A DNA stretch of 40,357 bases from positions 1 through 40,357 of IMG/VR virus record IMGVR_UViG_3300048850_000166. One strand, written 5' to 3'. A model generated the notes under the pieces. It had not been told where the DNA came from. It saw only the letters and a list, made by a program, of their open reading frames with translations, and ran no database searches. Positions 6,563 through 16,615 of this stretch are shown piece after piece; the stretch's first letter is position 1, and every line of letters begins with the position of its first letter. Made by a program: the position numbers and the translations under genes. This DNA is from a virus. Its lineage: Duplodnaviria; Caudoviricetes.

Positions 6563-7393
6563 TTAGGTCATGTCTTGCGTGTTGGTCGACGGGTATGCCC
6601 GGTTCGGCCCCCAGATGATGCGGCAGGCGCCACCGCCACCCGCTCCTTGCCCAGCGAAGTTAGCTGATCCACCCCCTCCCCCTCCTCCAAAACGCCCGCC
6701 GTGCCGCACATCAGCTGGAGTGGACGAGCCGTTGCCGGCGTCATTGCCTCCGCTCCCACCTTTACCGCCGCTATTGCCAAGGGAGCCTTGCCCATTTGCT
6801 CCACTTGTGCCCTGCCCCAGAATGTTCACACCGCCGCCGCCGCCGCCAGGGACAGTATTGCCGGCTGCTTGCTGACCATTCCCTCCGCTACCTCCAGTTC
6901 CGGAGCCGCCTACGCCGCTGTAGCCGCCTGCGCCACCGCCGCCTCCGCCTGCTGAGCTTGAGCTACGCGGCCCACCGTTGCCTCCGTTAGCGCCGCCTAC
7001 GGTGCCGCCCGCGGGGCCCACACCCAGAGGCGTACTAGCGGGCAGAGAACTAAAACTCCTTGCCGACAGTAATACGGTGCTGCCTCGCGATATGTACGTC
7101 GAGCCGCCCTGCGAACCCTCCTGATCAGGATCGAAATATATGGTTGGAGCCCCGCCGGCACCGACCGTAACCGTGAGAATCTCGCCAGGCACTACTGGAA
7201 GGTCGACGATGTATCGCAACGCCCCACCATCTCCACCCAGCATAGCGCCGGCTTGACCACCGCCAACGCATACGGCACTGATCGTCCCGACATTAGGAAC
7301 GACAAATGAGTACGTGCCGGGCGTAACCCAGGCCTGCTGGCCGATACCCTGTTCGGTCGAACCCATCATCATCCTGAAGGTTGCTTCATCCAT
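6563..7393 (-). CDS. Glycine-rich tail/fibre protein
   Basis: PGTYSFVVP...VCVGGG start, poly-Gly tracts, GACRIIW end; ATG 7393 with GAGG SD. Confidence 0.75.
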   Translation of the reverse strand: MDEATFRMMMGSTEQGIGQQAWVTPGTYSFVVPNVGTISAVCVGGGQAGAMLGGDGGALRYIVDLPVVPGEILTVTVGAGGAPTIYFDPDQEGSQGGSTYISRGSTVLLSARSFSSLPASTPLGVGPAGGTVGGANGGNGGPRSSSSAGGGGGGAGGYSGVGGSGTGGSGGNGQQAAGNTVPGGGGGGVNILGQGTSGANGQGSLGNSGGKGGSGGNDAGNGSSTPADVRHGGRFGGGGGGGSANFAGQGAGGGGACRIIWGPNRAYPSTNTQDMT

Positions 7394-7400
7394 TGGAGCC

Positions 7401-8105
7401 TCAGATATCAAAATTAGCGGCGGCTGTCATACGCCAGCGGGCGCCGCGGTTCTTTGTCACAAAAAACAGAAGATGGGATTTCCCCGGCGTCAGTGCATAC
7501 ACCGTGTTCACAGGCGTTTTAATTGACGTCGGCAGCGTAAGTATTCCCGACGTCACTTCCAATTCCAGCGTAAAGCTGAATCCGTCTGTAGGGCAGTTGT
7601 CGAACGTAAGTGTTTGGTTGCCGTCCAGCGTCTTCGTGAAGTAATTTCCGGCCGCCAGATTGATCGACGTGGCCGGTGCTGGCTGCGGAATGAATGCCCC
7701 GCTGCCGGTGAGCATCGCCCAGTTCGCCGCATCGTTCGCCGGGTCTGTCGTGCCCGCGCCAGCAACACGACGGCGGTAGGTCTGGAAATTCACTTGGCTA
7801 ATCACGGCGACATTCTTCGCGTAGGTCGTGCCGCTCACCCACGGATTAACACCGACTAGCTGCACCGCATCCAGGGCCGCACTTTGCGCTGCCTGCGCCG
7901 CGGCTCCAGCATCAGCGGCCCTCTGCGCAGCCTCCACCGCATTCTGATAAGCGCTCTCTGCGACAGCGACAACTTCACCATTGAATTTGTCCGCCATATG
8001 CGTACCGAACGCGTATGCCATGCCGTTATACGTCCCAGCCGCGCGATCTGACAACGCCGGAAAAGGCGGGGTATCCGTCATCGACGGAACCGGAGTAATT
8101 GCCAT
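7401..8105 (-). CDS. Minor tail protein with short carbohydrate-binding-like motif
   Basis: Ala-rich coiled coil, then WVSGTTY..N.AV motif and a beta-rich C-terminus; tail operon position. Confidence 0.65.
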   Translation of the reverse strand: MAITPVPSMTDTPPFPALSDRAAGTYNGMAYAFGTHMADKFNGEVVAVAESAYQNAVEAAQRAADAGAAAQAAQSAALDAVQLVGVNPWVSGTTYAKNVAVISQVNFQTYRRRVAGAGTTDPANDAANWAMLTGSGAFIPQPAPATSINLAAGNYFTKTLDGNQTLTFDNCPTDGFSFTLELEVTSGILTLPTSIKTPVNTVYALTPGKSHLLFFVTKNRGARWRMTAAANFDI

Positions 8106-9040
8106 TAGATGTTACCTTCCACTTTCAAGTTGATTGATGCCGTGCGATGGTTGTCCGCACGAATGCTCCCCGTTACGAACCCGAGGGTGTTTAAATACCC
8201 GTAGCGCGGGAGACCAGTCGCCTCAAATGGGACCGCCGTATCGAGGATCTCCCCAAGAATCGCGTCTGCATACATAGCCTCGTCGGCGCTGATGGCGATG
8301 GTGCAGCTGATATCGCGGCTTCTTGGGCGCCTGGTAATTTTGTACGTCCCATCGAAGTTGTAAGTCCTCAGGCTGTAGCTCTTACGATTTGATTCAGCGC
8401 CGTATTGCGTACCACCGTACGTTCGCTCACCGATGAACTGCCGCCAGTCGCCCAACTTGATTGTTCCGACCGCTACGCGCACCCCAGGTGCGGCAGAGAC
8501 ATTGATGGTCACCACAGCATTTGGAGTAAGCGGGATATCGTCGAAGGACAGCTGCTCGGTCGGCACGAGAGTGGCGAACAGCAGCTCATAGAATCCGATG
8601 GCTTGGCTGTAAAGATCGCCGCTCCAGGCGCGAACGACGGGGCCACCAAGTCCCTCACGAACCTCGACGGTGTAGCTCGCACCTTCCATGCCATAGACGG
8701 CAACACCGTTCAGGAACCCCGGCTGGACGACGTAGGTTAACGAACCGGTGGATGACACCTTGGTGTTCGAATAGTCATCGAACGGCGCCATCCGATTCGT
8801 TGGTCCGTCCCGATACCAGTAGTTGGCGTCGGCGTCTGGCTTGGCCGAGCGCCCCGTATGGGCTTGGCGACACGCCCATACGGAACCATTGTAGGTACGT
8901 TTATCATTGACCTGGTAGCTGCCCGCGGACACCCATGCAACCTCACCGTTCGCCACGTCCGGCTCAGGAATCGACGTACCGGTTTTCAGCATGCTCGCAG
9001 TGATATCGATGGGCACCATTACCCGTGCACTTGTTGTCAT
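8105..9040 (-). CDS. Tail tip protein with CBM5/12-like module
   Basis: WVSAGSYQVNDKRTYNGSVWACRQAHT...PD...YW motif; first gene after the tape measure. Confidence 0.65.
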   Translation of the reverse strand: MTTSARVMVPIDITASMLKTGTSIPEPDVANGEVAWVSAGSYQVNDKRTYNGSVWACRQAHTGRSAKPDADANYWYRDGPTNRMAPFDDYSNTKVSSTGSLTYVVQPGFLNGVAVYGMEGASYTVEVREGLGGPVVRAWSGDLYSQAIGFYELLFATLVPTEQLSFDDIPLTPNAVVTINVSAAPGVRVAVGTIKLGDWRQFIGERTYGGTQYGAESNRKSYSLRTYNFDGTYKITRRPRSRDISCTIAISADEAMYADAILGEILDTAVPFEATGLPRYGYLNTLGFVTGSIRADNHRTASINLKVEGNI

Positions 9041-9048
9041 TCGATTTC

Positions 9049-12000
9049 CTACGTCTGTACAGTGTTAATGACGTCAGCGCGGATGGCGTTGCCGCCGTCA
9101 GTCACATTCTCGAACTGATCAGCGAACTGTCCGGTGCTGTACGCGGTCTGTTCAGCTGCGTTGGCACCCCTGCTGATCTCCCCCTGAAGACGCGCCACCT
9201 CTCCCCGAAGCATCCGGATTTCTGCGACCAATGCGCTGCCGCCCTCGCTCGGGCTGGAGATCCTCCGCAGCAAATCCTGCGTCTGTCCGGCGTTGAAGAT
9301 CCTGGCCGGGCCAGTAGCCTCAAGCTCAGGGCCGTTCTCGCCCACAATCCTCCAGCCGCCCGCATGGTCACCGCCTGCCGCATAGCCGGGGATCTTGCCC
9401 TTGTACTCGGAGCTTTCCTTGAACGACTGCGCGATCGCGTCGTACGACACGCCAGCCGCGGCACGGTCCATCCAGTACTGCAGGCCCGCTGCATCGGCGT
9501 CGCGGTCAAAGGTCGACTTGTACAGCGCCTTTATCTTCGCTTCCGGAGAATTGCTGATCGAGTTGACGATGTCCGAGATCGAATTACCGGCCGCCGCACT
9601 CCCCTGCCAGTACTCGAGGCCAGCAGCGTCCGGCGCGCGGCCGAGCGCGCTCTGGTACGCTTCACTGATCGACGACACAGCGGCATTGATCGGGTTGGCT
9701 TTCGCGCCAAGGATGGCCGACTGGAGGGCCAAGATCGCGTCGCGAATGGACAGGCCGGTCGTGCTAATCCCCTTGAGCTGGTCGATCTGCTCCTGCTCAC
9801 GTTCCAGCATCTTGTCGTACGACGCCAGCTGGTCTTCCAGCGTGTCCAGCGTACGTTCCTCGACGGTCAGCGCGGCATCTGAAATCGCAGCCAGGTCGGA
9901 CATATCGTTGCGGGTGCGGTAGAAGTCGGCCTGATAGTCCGCGAAAGACGCGAACTGGTCGCTGGCATCCTGCGTCAGGGTGCTCAGCACGGCCTGCAGC
10001 TTCTCGGAGTCGGGCAGTATGCCGCCAACACGCGCGATCGCCAGGAAACTGCGAAGGTCCGACTGCGCGCGCGCACGCTCCATCACCTCAGCACCTGGAC
10101 CACGCATGTTGTTAATCGTGCTACGCAAGCTATTCGATACTGCGCGGATCTTGTTGGCCGCTTCGGTGTGGTTGGAGATCTGCGATTGCAACGCCGCCTT
10201 CTCGCGGTCGACCACGCGCTGCAGCACCGAGAAGGCCGCATCAACGCCGCCCATCAGGGCCGCCGCATCAGCCTTCGCCTTCTCAAGCGCCGCGGTTGCA
10301 GCTTCGTCGGCCGCCGTCTTCGCCTTGATCGCCTGAATCTGGTCGAACAGCGCCTGATTACTCGCGTGGAGCTCGACGCGCTGCTTGGCCAGCAGGTCGG
10401 TCTCGGACAGCGTGAGCTGGTCCAATTCCTTCTGCAGGTCGGCCCGCTCCTCGAAGATCTTAGCGTCGACGTCGGCGATCTGCTTAAACGCCGGCGCGAT
10501 TTGCATCAGGGTGGCATAGGTGCGCGCGCCAGCCTCGGTCGTCAGGTCCAGACCAGTGACCACGCTGCGGAACTGCTCCAGCGCGTCTGCTGCGCCAGTC
10601 TTGATACCGAACTGGTCGAGCGTCGGCGTGATCCGCGCGCGCAACGAGTTCGCCCGCTCCTGGTCGGTGTAGAAGTCGTTCAGGAACTGGTCCGCGCTTG
10701 ACGTGAATTCGTCCAGCCCACCGACCAGGTTGACCAGCCGCTCGCGCGCGCCGACAGATGCCAGACCCATTGCGGTAAAGGCCATTCCCAGCGAATCGGT
10801 GACGACCGCCACTGCCTGGTAGTTGGTGGCCACGCGAGACAACGTTTCAAGGTAGCCCTCGCCCACCTCCTGGAATTGCTCCAAGCCGCCGACGCCGAAC
10901 TGGGCGAGTTCGTCACCGACCTTCGAGAACACGGCCGACAGCTCTTTCTCGATCTCGTCGTCCGACAACCCCTTCAGGCTGACCTTGCCGATATCGACCA
11001 CGAAGCCGTTCAACTGGGCGGCAAAACTGTCGGAACCAATGTCGAGCATCTTGCCGGCTTCGAAAACGGTGTCGTACAGCGACATCAGGACGTTGGCGAT
11101 TTGACGATTGCCTTCCTCGCCCAAGCCCTCGGCCTTCGTGCTGTACTTGTCGCTGCTGAACCAGCCCCCATCCTTTTTGATGTCGGCATACTGGAAGGCG
11201 TTGACGCCGCCGGCAAGGATGCTGGCAAAGCTCGAACGGTCCAGCATGAAGCCGGTATCCTCGATCGTAGTCTTGCCCCCGAAAATTTTGCCCAAGACCG
11301 AGCCGGTGATCTTGCCGACGAAGCCGCCGGTGATCTTGTCCAAGGCCATCCCGATCAGGCCACCCGTGGCCAGCACGCCGACGTTCGAACGTCCGAACGC
11401 ATCGGCGCTGCCTCGCGTAGCGAACTCGCCGCCAAAGTCACCGGTCACGCCAGTGGTGCGCACCAGCAGGGATGCGAATTGCCCGATGCCGGCCTCGATG
11501 TTGCGAAGCGACGTCAGCATGCCATTGCTAATGCCCAGGCCTTGGAGCGTGGCGCCCTCAATGGCGTCGAGCGAACGCGCGATCGATTCCGACTTGGCGT
11601 CCGAGCCCAGCACCGTGCCGGTACCCTGCCTCTCCTGGCGTTGCTGCGGCAGGTTGACGCTGCCGCCACCGAACGCGCCGCCCAGCACAGCCGCGATTGC
11701 CACGCCAGCTGCCGCCATACCCCATGGCCCCAGCGCGCTCATGAACGACATGAACACGCCCGGGACCTTGGCGGTATTGCGCGCGGCCTCGCCGGCGACG
11801 ACCGCGGCAGTTTCGGCGCCCTGGCCGGTTGCCGTGCCAGTGGCTTTCGCAGTGGTGACGAACAGGTGGGTGTACAGGGACTCCATCTGGTTGGCGAGCT
11901 CGATCGCGCGGAATGCCTTCTCGGCACCTTCCATGACCTGGTAGCCCGTCGAGTTCTCCTTGAAGAAACCTTTGGCTGCGGACGCCATATCGCCATAGCC

Positions 12001-14016
12001 GCTGATGCGCGATTTGACTTCCTTCGCGCTGATGGCGGCGGTGGCCTCGGCGAAGCCTTTCGAGTCGGTCGCATACTTGACGGCTGCGTCCTTGCGCGCC
12101 TTGTCGATTTCGGCCTGGCGGATGCCGTATGCATCCAAGCCCGAAATCAGCTGGGTCATCGAATCGCCAGCAGCACCAAACGCGCCCTTCAGGGCGTCCC
12201 CGAAGGTTTGCGCTCTCGTAGGATCTAAGAACTTGTCGAGATCCTCGCCAGCCTTCTTGATGGCGTCGGCATTGGCTTGCATCGCTGCGCCCTCGCGGAC
12301 GGCTTGCGCACGCTCGCGGAGCGCGGCGGCCTCCTTGCGGTACTCTTCGGCGAGTGCGCCGGTAATATCCAGCCCGTCGGCCATCCAGGCGTTCGCTTCG
12401 GCGCGCAGGGCCAAGTCTTCCAGACGGGCGGCCTTGAGTTCGCCGAGCGCCGCCGTTTCGAGACCGATCTGTTCGTTCTCGTCACGCTGGGACTGGAGTT
12501 CCGTTACTGCCTTCGTGCTGCCCGCACTGGCCGCGTCGAGCGCCTTCTGGTACAGCTCAAGCGACTTGGTCCGCTCATCTTCAGCTTGTTTGACGAATTG
12601 CTGCTGGCTGATATAGGTCGCGACGGTGTCAACGTACTCTTCCAACGATTGCCTACCCGCTGTATAGCCGTCATGCAACTTGCCAAGGTTGGCATAGAAG
12701 TCCGCATCAATACCAACTGACTTGCCGCTGATGCGGTCAACCAGGGCTTCGTATTCGCTCAGCGCCTTGGCAGCGGCCTTCGTTTGTTCATCAGCACTAC
12801 CGCCGCCACCATAGTTAAGAGGATTCTTAGGCGGATCGGGTTGTTGCGCCGGCGGCTTGACGTTGGATGCTCGTTGCGCCAAGCGATTTAAGACCGCTTG
12901 CTCAAACAGATTCGCGGGCTTATTCCAAAGCTCATCGTACTCGGCATTCGCCGCATCCAAAATTTTGTTTCGCTCTGCGATCACTGCCTTCAGCTCGTTC
13001 GTCGGACTACGACCATCGAGCACCATTTTCGCGGCATTGATCGGGTTGGCGACCTCTGTCATTTTCTGGAACACCGAAATATCGGCGCCAACGACCTCCA
13101 CACTGCTGGAGACGGCGGAAAACATCCGAGGCAGGAGGGCCGCCACATCTGCCACACGCGCAAGCCCGACCGCCAAGTTGTCGGCCCACTTACCGATCTT
13201 CTCGCTGTTCACCAGACTACTCTCGGCCTTCAGCACATCGGAGAATCCGTCTGCCAAGTCGCCCAGCGCAGGCAATGCGGCTACGGTTACATTGGTGAAG
13301 AACTCATCGGTACGCTGCCCGAGTTTCGTGAATCTGTCTTGCAGGGCAGTGGCCTGTGCTACCGCTTCGTCAGTCACGCCCGAGAAGTTGTCGACGTTCT
13401 CGGCGAGGTCGTTGAAAAACGGAAGCAGGTCGGCCCCTGACTTACCGAAGAGATCGGTGACCACTGCGGCCTTCCCTGCCCCGTCTTCGTACCGCTGCAG
13501 GTTCTTTGCCACATCGATCATCACCTCGCCAGGATCGCGCAGCTTACCGGCGCTATCTTTCGCGGCCACTCCGATAGCCGCAAACGCCTTAGCCGTCTTG
13601 CTGGACTTGTCGTCGACTGTGGTAAGGCCTCGGGCAAATTTCACCACCGCCGGGTCAACGCTTGCGCCAAACTCAACGCCAAATGCCTTAGCGACCTTCT
13701 GGATTCGCGAGAGGCTTTCGACACTCGTGCCAACCTTCTGCGAGAGATCGTCCAGCTCAGCCATGGAATCGAGTACGCCGCCGACTTGGGTGCCAAGCGT
13801 TGCCAGGGACACCCCAGCAATCGCAAAGCCAGCGATGTTTCCGAAAGTGGACTGGAGACCAGAGATGCGGTCGTTAAGTCCGCTCATCTGGCTGGACAGG
13901 TTCTGCAGCGACTGGCTGTTCAACCGGCGCAGCTCATCACCGACACCGGCGATACGGCGACGACTTTCGGCGGCACCGTCCACAACCATTTCAATGAGCG
14001 CGCGTGGCGATGCCAT
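9049..14016 (-). CDS. Tail tape measure protein with two C-terminal DUF4214-like repeats
   Basis: 1655 aa, Ala-rich helical, follows the tail chaperones; repeats YQSALGRAPDAAGLEYW and YKSTFDRDADAAGLQYW. Confidence 0.92.
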   Translation of the reverse strand: MASPRALIEMVVDGAAESRRRIAGVGDELRRLNSQSLQNLSSQMSGLNDRISGLQSTFGNIAGFAIAGVSLATLGTQVGGVLDSMAELDDLSQKVGTSVESLSRIQKVAKAFGVEFGASVDPAVVKFARGLTTVDDKSSKTAKAFAAIGVAAKDSAGKLRDPGEVMIDVAKNLQRYEDGAGKAAVVTDLFGKSGADLLPFFNDLAENVDNFSGVTDEAVAQATALQDRFTKLGQRTDEFFTNVTVAALPALGDLADGFSDVLKAESSLVNSEKIGKWADNLAVGLARVADVAALLPRMFSAVSSSVEVVGADISVFQKMTEVANPINAAKMVLDGRSPTNELKAVIAERNKILDAANAEYDELWNKPANLFEQAVLNRLAQRASNVKPPAQQPDPPKNPLNYGGGGSADEQTKAAAKALSEYEALVDRISGKSVGIDADFYANLGKLHDGYTAGRQSLEEYVDTVATYISQQQFVKQAEDERTKSLELYQKALDAASAGSTKAVTELQSQRDENEQIGLETAALGELKAARLEDLALRAEANAWMADGLDITGALAEEYRKEAAALRERAQAVREGAAMQANADAIKKAGEDLDKFLDPTRAQTFGDALKGAFGAAGDSMTQLISGLDAYGIRQAEIDKARKDAAVKYATDSKGFAEATAAISAKEVKSRISGYGDMASAAKGFFKENSTGYQVMEGAEKAFRAIELANQMESLYTHLFVTTAKATGTATGQGAETAAVVAGEAARNTAKVPGVFMSFMSALGPWGMAAAGVAIAAVLGGAFGGGSVNLPQQRQERQGTGTVLGSDAKSESIARSLDAIEGATLQGLGISNGMLTSLRNIEAGIGQFASLLVRTTGVTGDFGGEFATRGSADAFGRSNVGVLATGGLIGMALDKITGGFVGKITGSVLGKIFGGKTTIEDTGFMLDRSSFASILAGGVNAFQYADIKKDGGWFSSDKYSTKAEGLGEEGNRQIANVLMSLYDTVFEAGKMLDIGSDSFAAQLNGFVVDIGKVSLKGLSDDEIEKELSAVFSKVGDELAQFGVGGLEQFQEVGEGYLETLSRVATNYQAVAVVTDSLGMAFTAMGLASVGARERLVNLVGGLDEFTSSADQFLNDFYTDQERANSLRARITPTLDQFGIKTGAADALEQFRSVVTGLDLTTEAGARTYATLMQIAPAFKQIADVDAKIFEERADLQKELDQLTLSETDLLAKQRVELHASNQALFDQIQAIKAKTAADEAATAALEKAKADAAALMGGVDAAFSVLQRVVDREKAALQSQISNHTEAANKIRAVSNSLRSTINNMRGPGAEVMERARAQSDLRSFLAIARVGGILPDSEKLQAVLSTLTQDASDQFASFADYQADFYRTRNDMSDLAAISDAALTVEERTLDTLEDQLASYDKMLEREQEQIDQLKGISTTGLSIRDAILALQSAILGAKANPINAAVSSISEAYQSALGRAPDAAGLEYWQGSAAAGNSISDIVNSISNSPEAKIKALYKSTFDRDADAAGLQYWMDRAAAGVSYDAIAQSFKESSEYKGKIPGYAAGGDHAGGWRIVGENGPELEATGPARIFNAGQTQDLLRRISSPSEGGSALVAEIRMLRGEVARLQGEISRGANAAEQTAYSTGQFADQFENVTDGGNAIRADVINTVQT

Positions 14017-14028
14017 CGTTTGTATCCT

Positions 14029-14400
14029 CTAGTTCTTTCTCTGGCGCGCCCACTCCTCAAGGCAGGCCCGCTCCATCATCTGAATCAACAGGAACGTGTC
14101 CCGCTGTGCCTTCTTCTTCAACCCCCGCATACGCATGCAGGTTTCAACACCCGGGTAGTGCAGCCCGGTTGCGCCGGCCATGCCGACGCTCCATTGCGTT
14201 TGAATCGCGAGCCAGATGCCGAAGACCTCTTCGTTCTCAGGCCAGAGCCAATACTCGTCCTCGTCCAGTTCGACGCCCTCCTCGGCGACTATCCCCATCG
14301 CCGCAAGCGCATCGTCCACATGTTCGCGTTCAGCGGGGGCGTCTGCGCCAAACTCGATTTGGCCGCGCGCCATCAGGCGCACGACCTCCGTTAGTTTTTT
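14029..14400 (-). CDS. Tail assembly chaperone second ORF (DUF1799-like, gpT analogue), probably made by -1 frameshift
   Basis: WLWPEN...QTQW.VGM.GATGL.Y pattern; lies in the -1 frame at the slippery site. Confidence 0.8.
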   Translation of the reverse strand, partial: KKLTEVVRLMARGQIEFGADAPAEREHVDDALAAMGIVAEEGVELDEDEYWLWPENEEVFGIWLAIQTQWSVGMAGATGLHYPGVETCMRMRGLKKKAQRDTFLLIQMMERACLEEWARQRKN

Positions 14401-14720
14401 GCAGCAGCCCCGACCTGCTCCATATAGCAACGCAACACCAGCAGCGGCATGCCGGCATAATCGATCAGTTCTTCCAGACCGTTGGTCGAAAACGGAACCG
14501 ACTGCCCGGCTTCATCCAGCACGGCATCCCAGCCTTCCACGACGCGGCGAATGAATGCTTTGACACCACCATTCTCCTGACGGACATTGTCGATTTCATC
14601 CTGGCTCAGGCGCTCGCAATGGAGTTTGAAATCGAAATGTTCCGGTTTGCCGTTTTCGTCGGGCAACGTGCCTTTGACCGTCACCGCGAGTTTGTTGCGT
14701 TTTACGAGCTTGATCGCCAT
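14391..14720 (-). CDS. Tail assembly chaperone (gpG analogue)
   Basis: 109 aa from ATG 14720, VEGWDAV.DE.G..VPFS motif, ends AKN*; between tail tube and tape measure. Confidence 0.85.
   Translation of the reverse strand: MAIKLVKRNKLAVTVKGTLPDENGKPEHFDFKLHCERLSQDEIDNVRQENGGVKAFIRRVVEGWDAVLDEAGQSVPFSTNGLEELIDYAGMPLLVLRCYMEQVGAAAKN
14394..14400 (-). other. -1 programmed frameshift heptamer A AAA AAC
   Basis: GCA AAA AAC TAA in frame 0; the -1 frame continues KKLTEVVRLM. Confidence 0.85.
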
Positions 14721-14748
14721 GGTGTTTCCCTTCAGTGTTAGTAATTCG

Positions 14749-15711
14749 TTAGAGGCAGACCAGGCGCCATTCGTCGTTGCCGTTGATCGGCACCAGGCGC
14801 AGGTCGAAGCCAATCAGGCGATTGCCGTTGAGCTCGGACTTGCGCGGGTTGGTCAGTTGCGCAGCAGGCGCGAACACAAGCACCTTGTTGCCAGTTGCGG
14901 TGCCGATGGTGAAGCCCAGGCTTTGGGTTTCATTCGCTTTTACCGCAGCCATCAGCGCCACTTCCTGTGCTGGCGTGAGCTCCATTTCGACGGTCGCCGT
15001 CGATTGGCGGTCTGCGATATCGACGACCTCGGTGCTGAGCATCGGCGTGAAGTTGACCGTATTGCCGAAGTTCAGCTCCAGCCCGGTGCTGTTGTAGACG
15101 GTGCCGCCGGTCAAGACGCCGGCTGCATAAGTTGCGCCGAGCGTGATGTCGATGACATTTGCCTTCGTCATCGCCACCGGCTTCTTCCAGGGCGTGAAGG
15201 TGCCGGACGGGTTCGGGGTCGCGACGATCCCGCCATCCAGACCGGTCCACTCGAAGCGCAGCATCGGCCGCTCGCCGACTTTGGCGGACAGGGTGCAGTT
15301 GCCCATCGACGCGAGGAGCTTGTGCACCACGCCGTCATCGTAGTAATACTGGGTGAGCGTCTTCAGAGCAGACGATACCGGCGTGTACTCGACACGTGCC
15401 GGCGTGGTCAGCTGGCCTTCAGCTACCGCGCAGCCGAGCAGCAACTGGCCCCAGGCCGGTGGCGTGGCGGCGGCACCGGAACCAGCCAGCTCGACCGAGT
15501 AGGACAGCTTGACGCTGGCCGGGCCAACCAGTTGCTCGCTGCCGCCGAAGTAGCCGCGGATCAGTGCGCGGTCGATCGACTGCGCTTCGAGCGGGGTGAC
15601 GGTTGCGTCCGACACCAGCACGGCATTGGCGGCACCGGTCGGCAGGGCATCGGTGCCCGGCGTCGTTTCGACCTTCGCGGTCACGATAGTGTTCTTGATG
15701 CGACGGGCCAT
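14749..15711 (-). CDS. Major tail tube protein
   Basis: 320 aa beta-rich, AKVETTPGTDA.PT start, upstream of the chaperones; no sheath gene seen. Confidence 0.85.
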   Translation of the reverse strand: MARRIKNTIVTAKVETTPGTDALPTGAANAVLVSDATVTPLEAQSIDRALIRGYFGGSEQLVGPASVKLSYSVELAGSGAAATPPAWGQLLLGCAVAEGQLTTPARVEYTPVSSALKTLTQYYYDDGVVHKLLASMGNCTLSAKVGERPMLRFEWTGLDGGIVATPNPSGTFTPWKKPVAMTKANVIDITLGATYAAGVLTGGTVYNSTGLELNFGNTVNFTPMLSTEVVDIADRQSTATVEMELTPAQEVALMAAVKANETQSLGFTIGTATGNKVLVFAPAAQLTNPRKSELNGNRLIGFDLRLVPINGNDEWRLVCL

Positions 15712-15714
15712 CGA

Positions 15715-15879
15715 TTACTCCTGGTTCAGTTGAGCGGCCGGTTCCGGCTGCGGGTTGAGGTCGATCCACTCCCAGCGCACATCGTCGAAGCGCCATTGAC
15801 CGCCGCCTGGCGGTGGGGGGATGTCGCGGGCCGGGGTGGTCGCGACGGTCTTTTTTTCGAGGTCGGTATCGGTCTTCAT
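15715..15879 (-). CDS. Small hypothetical protein (54 aa)
   Basis: ATG 15879 just after the upstream stop; PPPPGGGQW motif; fills the operon gap. Confidence 0.6.
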   Translation of the reverse strand: MKTDTDLEKKTVATTPARDIPPPPGGGQWRFDDVRWEWIDLNPQPEPAAQLNQE

Positions 15880-15881
15880 GA

Positions 15882-16313
15882 TCAATTCAGGTTGCCGTTG
15901 TACGTGCGATGGTCCGCGGTGTAGATCAGCCGCACCCATCCGGTTTTCTTTCCTTCGGCCGTGTTCTCGGCCTCCACACCCGCGAGCACCAGGTCACTTA
16001 CCACACCGCCGAGTGTCGGATCGGCGGCCAGGCGCTCGGCGACGCGCTCAAGCAGCGGGTCAACTGCGACGTCGCCGCTATCGATGACACTGCGTGCGTA
16101 GAGCTCCACGGTGATCTGCGTCGACCAATCGATCGGGGCGCCGTTGATCGTCCCCTGCTCCGGCAGCGCCCGCTCCCACTGGACGCTGACCGCCTCGGTT
16201 TCCTGTTCCGGGAAGACGTTGGTCCGCGCTCGGTGGATGGACTTGCATACGGGCGGGTCCATCTGCAGCTGGGCGATCACAGCAGCAACCGCCTTGGAGA
16301 AGGCGGTGCTCAT
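15882..16313 (-). CDS. Tail terminator / completion protein (gpU-like)
   Basis: ATG 16313 overlaps the upstream stop; 143 aa; RLAADPTLGG motif; position. Confidence 0.75.
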   Translation of the reverse strand: MSTAFSKAVAAVIAQLQMDPPVCKSIHRARTNVFPEQETEAVSVQWERALPEQGTINGAPIDWSTQITVELYARSVIDSGDVAVDPLLERVAERLAADPTLGGVVSDLVLAGVEAENTAEGKKTGWVRLIYTADHRTYNGNLN

Positions 16314-16606
16314 TGAGTGCACTCGACGAGCAGCGTCGTCAAGCCGGTGCCGTCCGGCTGCGGCTCGACGATCACGTAAGGCACGCCCGCGATCGAGATC
16401 CGCCTGCCCACCGGCTCGGCCATGACGGCGTTCGAAGCCACCTGGACCGATGGACTGGTGTTGGCCGCACCAACGCCGAGAGAGTCGGTCGCGCTCGGCT
16501 TGCGGAAGATGCCGGGCACCAGCACGCCGCCGATCTCCACCTGCACGTTTGCCAGGTGATTCAGCACCATGCTGTTGGCGACTGCTTCGAGGTTGGCGAA
16601 GTTCAC
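16310..16606 (-). CDS. Head-tail joining protein
   Basis: 98 aa with PDGTGLTTLL C-terminal motif; position after head genes. Confidence 0.75.
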   Translation of the reverse strand: MNFANLEAVANSMVLNHLANVQVEIGGVLVPGIFRKPSATDSLGVGAANTSPSVQVASNAVMAEPVGRRISIAGVPYVIVEPQPDGTGLTTLLVECTQ

Positions 16607-16615
16607 GGTCGCGGC

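Noticed and set aside
6570-7020. GCC/CCG-rich tandem repeats as a DNA repeat element
   Set aside because: Explained by poly-Gly codons of the minus-strand glycine-rich protein
5570-9040. Diversity-generating retroelement or invertible tail-fibre cassette
   Set aside because: No reverse transcriptase or invertase ORF and no template/variable repeat pair noticed
10876-12228. Long plus-strand ORFs antisense to real genes (also 12857..14032, 14587..15924, 17450..19192, 21554..22735, 24964..27027, 29016..30158)
   Set aside because: Shadow ORFs expected from high-GC codon bias; no recognisable motifs
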